From assembly GCF_001194135.2 (NCBI RefSeq), contig NC_068984.1, positions 108,833,617-108,865,809 on the forward strand: a stretch of DNA of 32,193 bases, written 5' to 3'. The stretch is from Octopus bimaculoides. Its lineage: Eukaryota. Position 1 is the stretch's first letter. Each line of letters starts with the position of its first letter. Positions 31,356 through 32,193 of this stretch are shown in pieces. Made by a program: the position numbers and the translations under genes. The notes under the pieces were generated by a model, which was given only the letters and a program-made list of their open reading frames with translations, was not told where the DNA came from and did no database searches.

Positions 31356-32193
31356 NNNNNNNNNNNNNNNNNNNNNNNNNNNNNNNNNNNNNNNNNNNNN
31401 NNNNNNNNNNNNNNNNNNNNNNNNNNNNNNNNNNNNNNNNNNNNNNNNNNNNNNNNNNNNNNNNNNNNNNNNNNNNNNNNNNNNNNNNNNNNNNNNNNNN
31501 NNNNNNNNNNNNNNNNNNNNNNNNNNNNNNNNNNNNNNNNNNNNNNNNNNNNNNNNNNNNNNNNNNNNNNNNNNNNNNNNNNNNNNNNNNNNNNNNNNNN
31601 NNNNNNNNNNNNNNNNNNNNNNNNNNNAATGAAGGAGAGAGAGAGAGAAAGAGATAGTGAAAGAGAGAGATGAATATATGTAAATGCAGGTATATAAAAA
31701 TATATATTCATATATATATACATATACACATACCACACATGAACACGCAGCACACCTGCCATGCACACCAGCCATGCACACCTGCCTGTACCCAAACGTA
31801 CGTACGCATATCCATATATGCAAATGCGTATATGCTTCCGTCTGACTCTGTACATGTGTGCTCGCGCGCACGTGTGTGTTTGTATATGTCTTGTTGCTCG
31901 AGTGTATGTTTCTCATTGTTGCCTTATTTCTATTGTTCCCTGTATCTAGGCATCGATCGTTGTCAGTTAATGTGTTGTAGGGTTTGATTGATAGCTAGAC
32001 ACAGAGTGACAGTGAAATAGACAGACCTAAGAGACATACTCAAGTCATTGACGCTTTGCTGAGAACGTATTTTCTTAAGATGGACGTATTTTAGCAGTTG
32101 GATGGAGGGATGAGGGGGTGGAGCAAAAACTGGCGTAGAGAACAACGTAAGTATTATGAGCAGCTGTGAAATCGTATGTTACTGTGCATATAT

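Overview
This window is AT-rich eukaryotic non-coding DNA, dense in microsatellites and transposable elements, with 11 assembly gaps. The tRNA-derived SINE families look like those of octopus (cephalopod) genomes. I could not confidently identify any host protein-coding gene, RNA gene, CRISPR array or prokaryotic-type system. Most ORFs in the supplied track are artefacts of (AC)n, (TA)n and (GA)n repeats or of N-runs. What the sequence supports: about 25 SINE copies from five families; a decayed, near-complete DD41D Tc1/mariner element; an internally deleted DD41D derivative carrying two copies of its own 5' end; a degenerate mariner remnant; two hAT-type MITEs (one nested in a LINE remnant); a 127-bp Tc1/mariner MITE; a Merlin-like MITE with perfect 28-bp TIRs and an 8-bp TSD; a foldback-like modular inverted repeat; and two LINE ORF2 remnants. 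There is also a perfect spacerless palindrome of at least 206 bp and a 21-bp minisatellite whose substitutions look codon-constrained (LLQVEPR heptad). Strand bias of the purine tracts suggests the window may lie in a large intron of a minus-strand gene. A few weak exon and promoter candidates are listed as hypotheses only.
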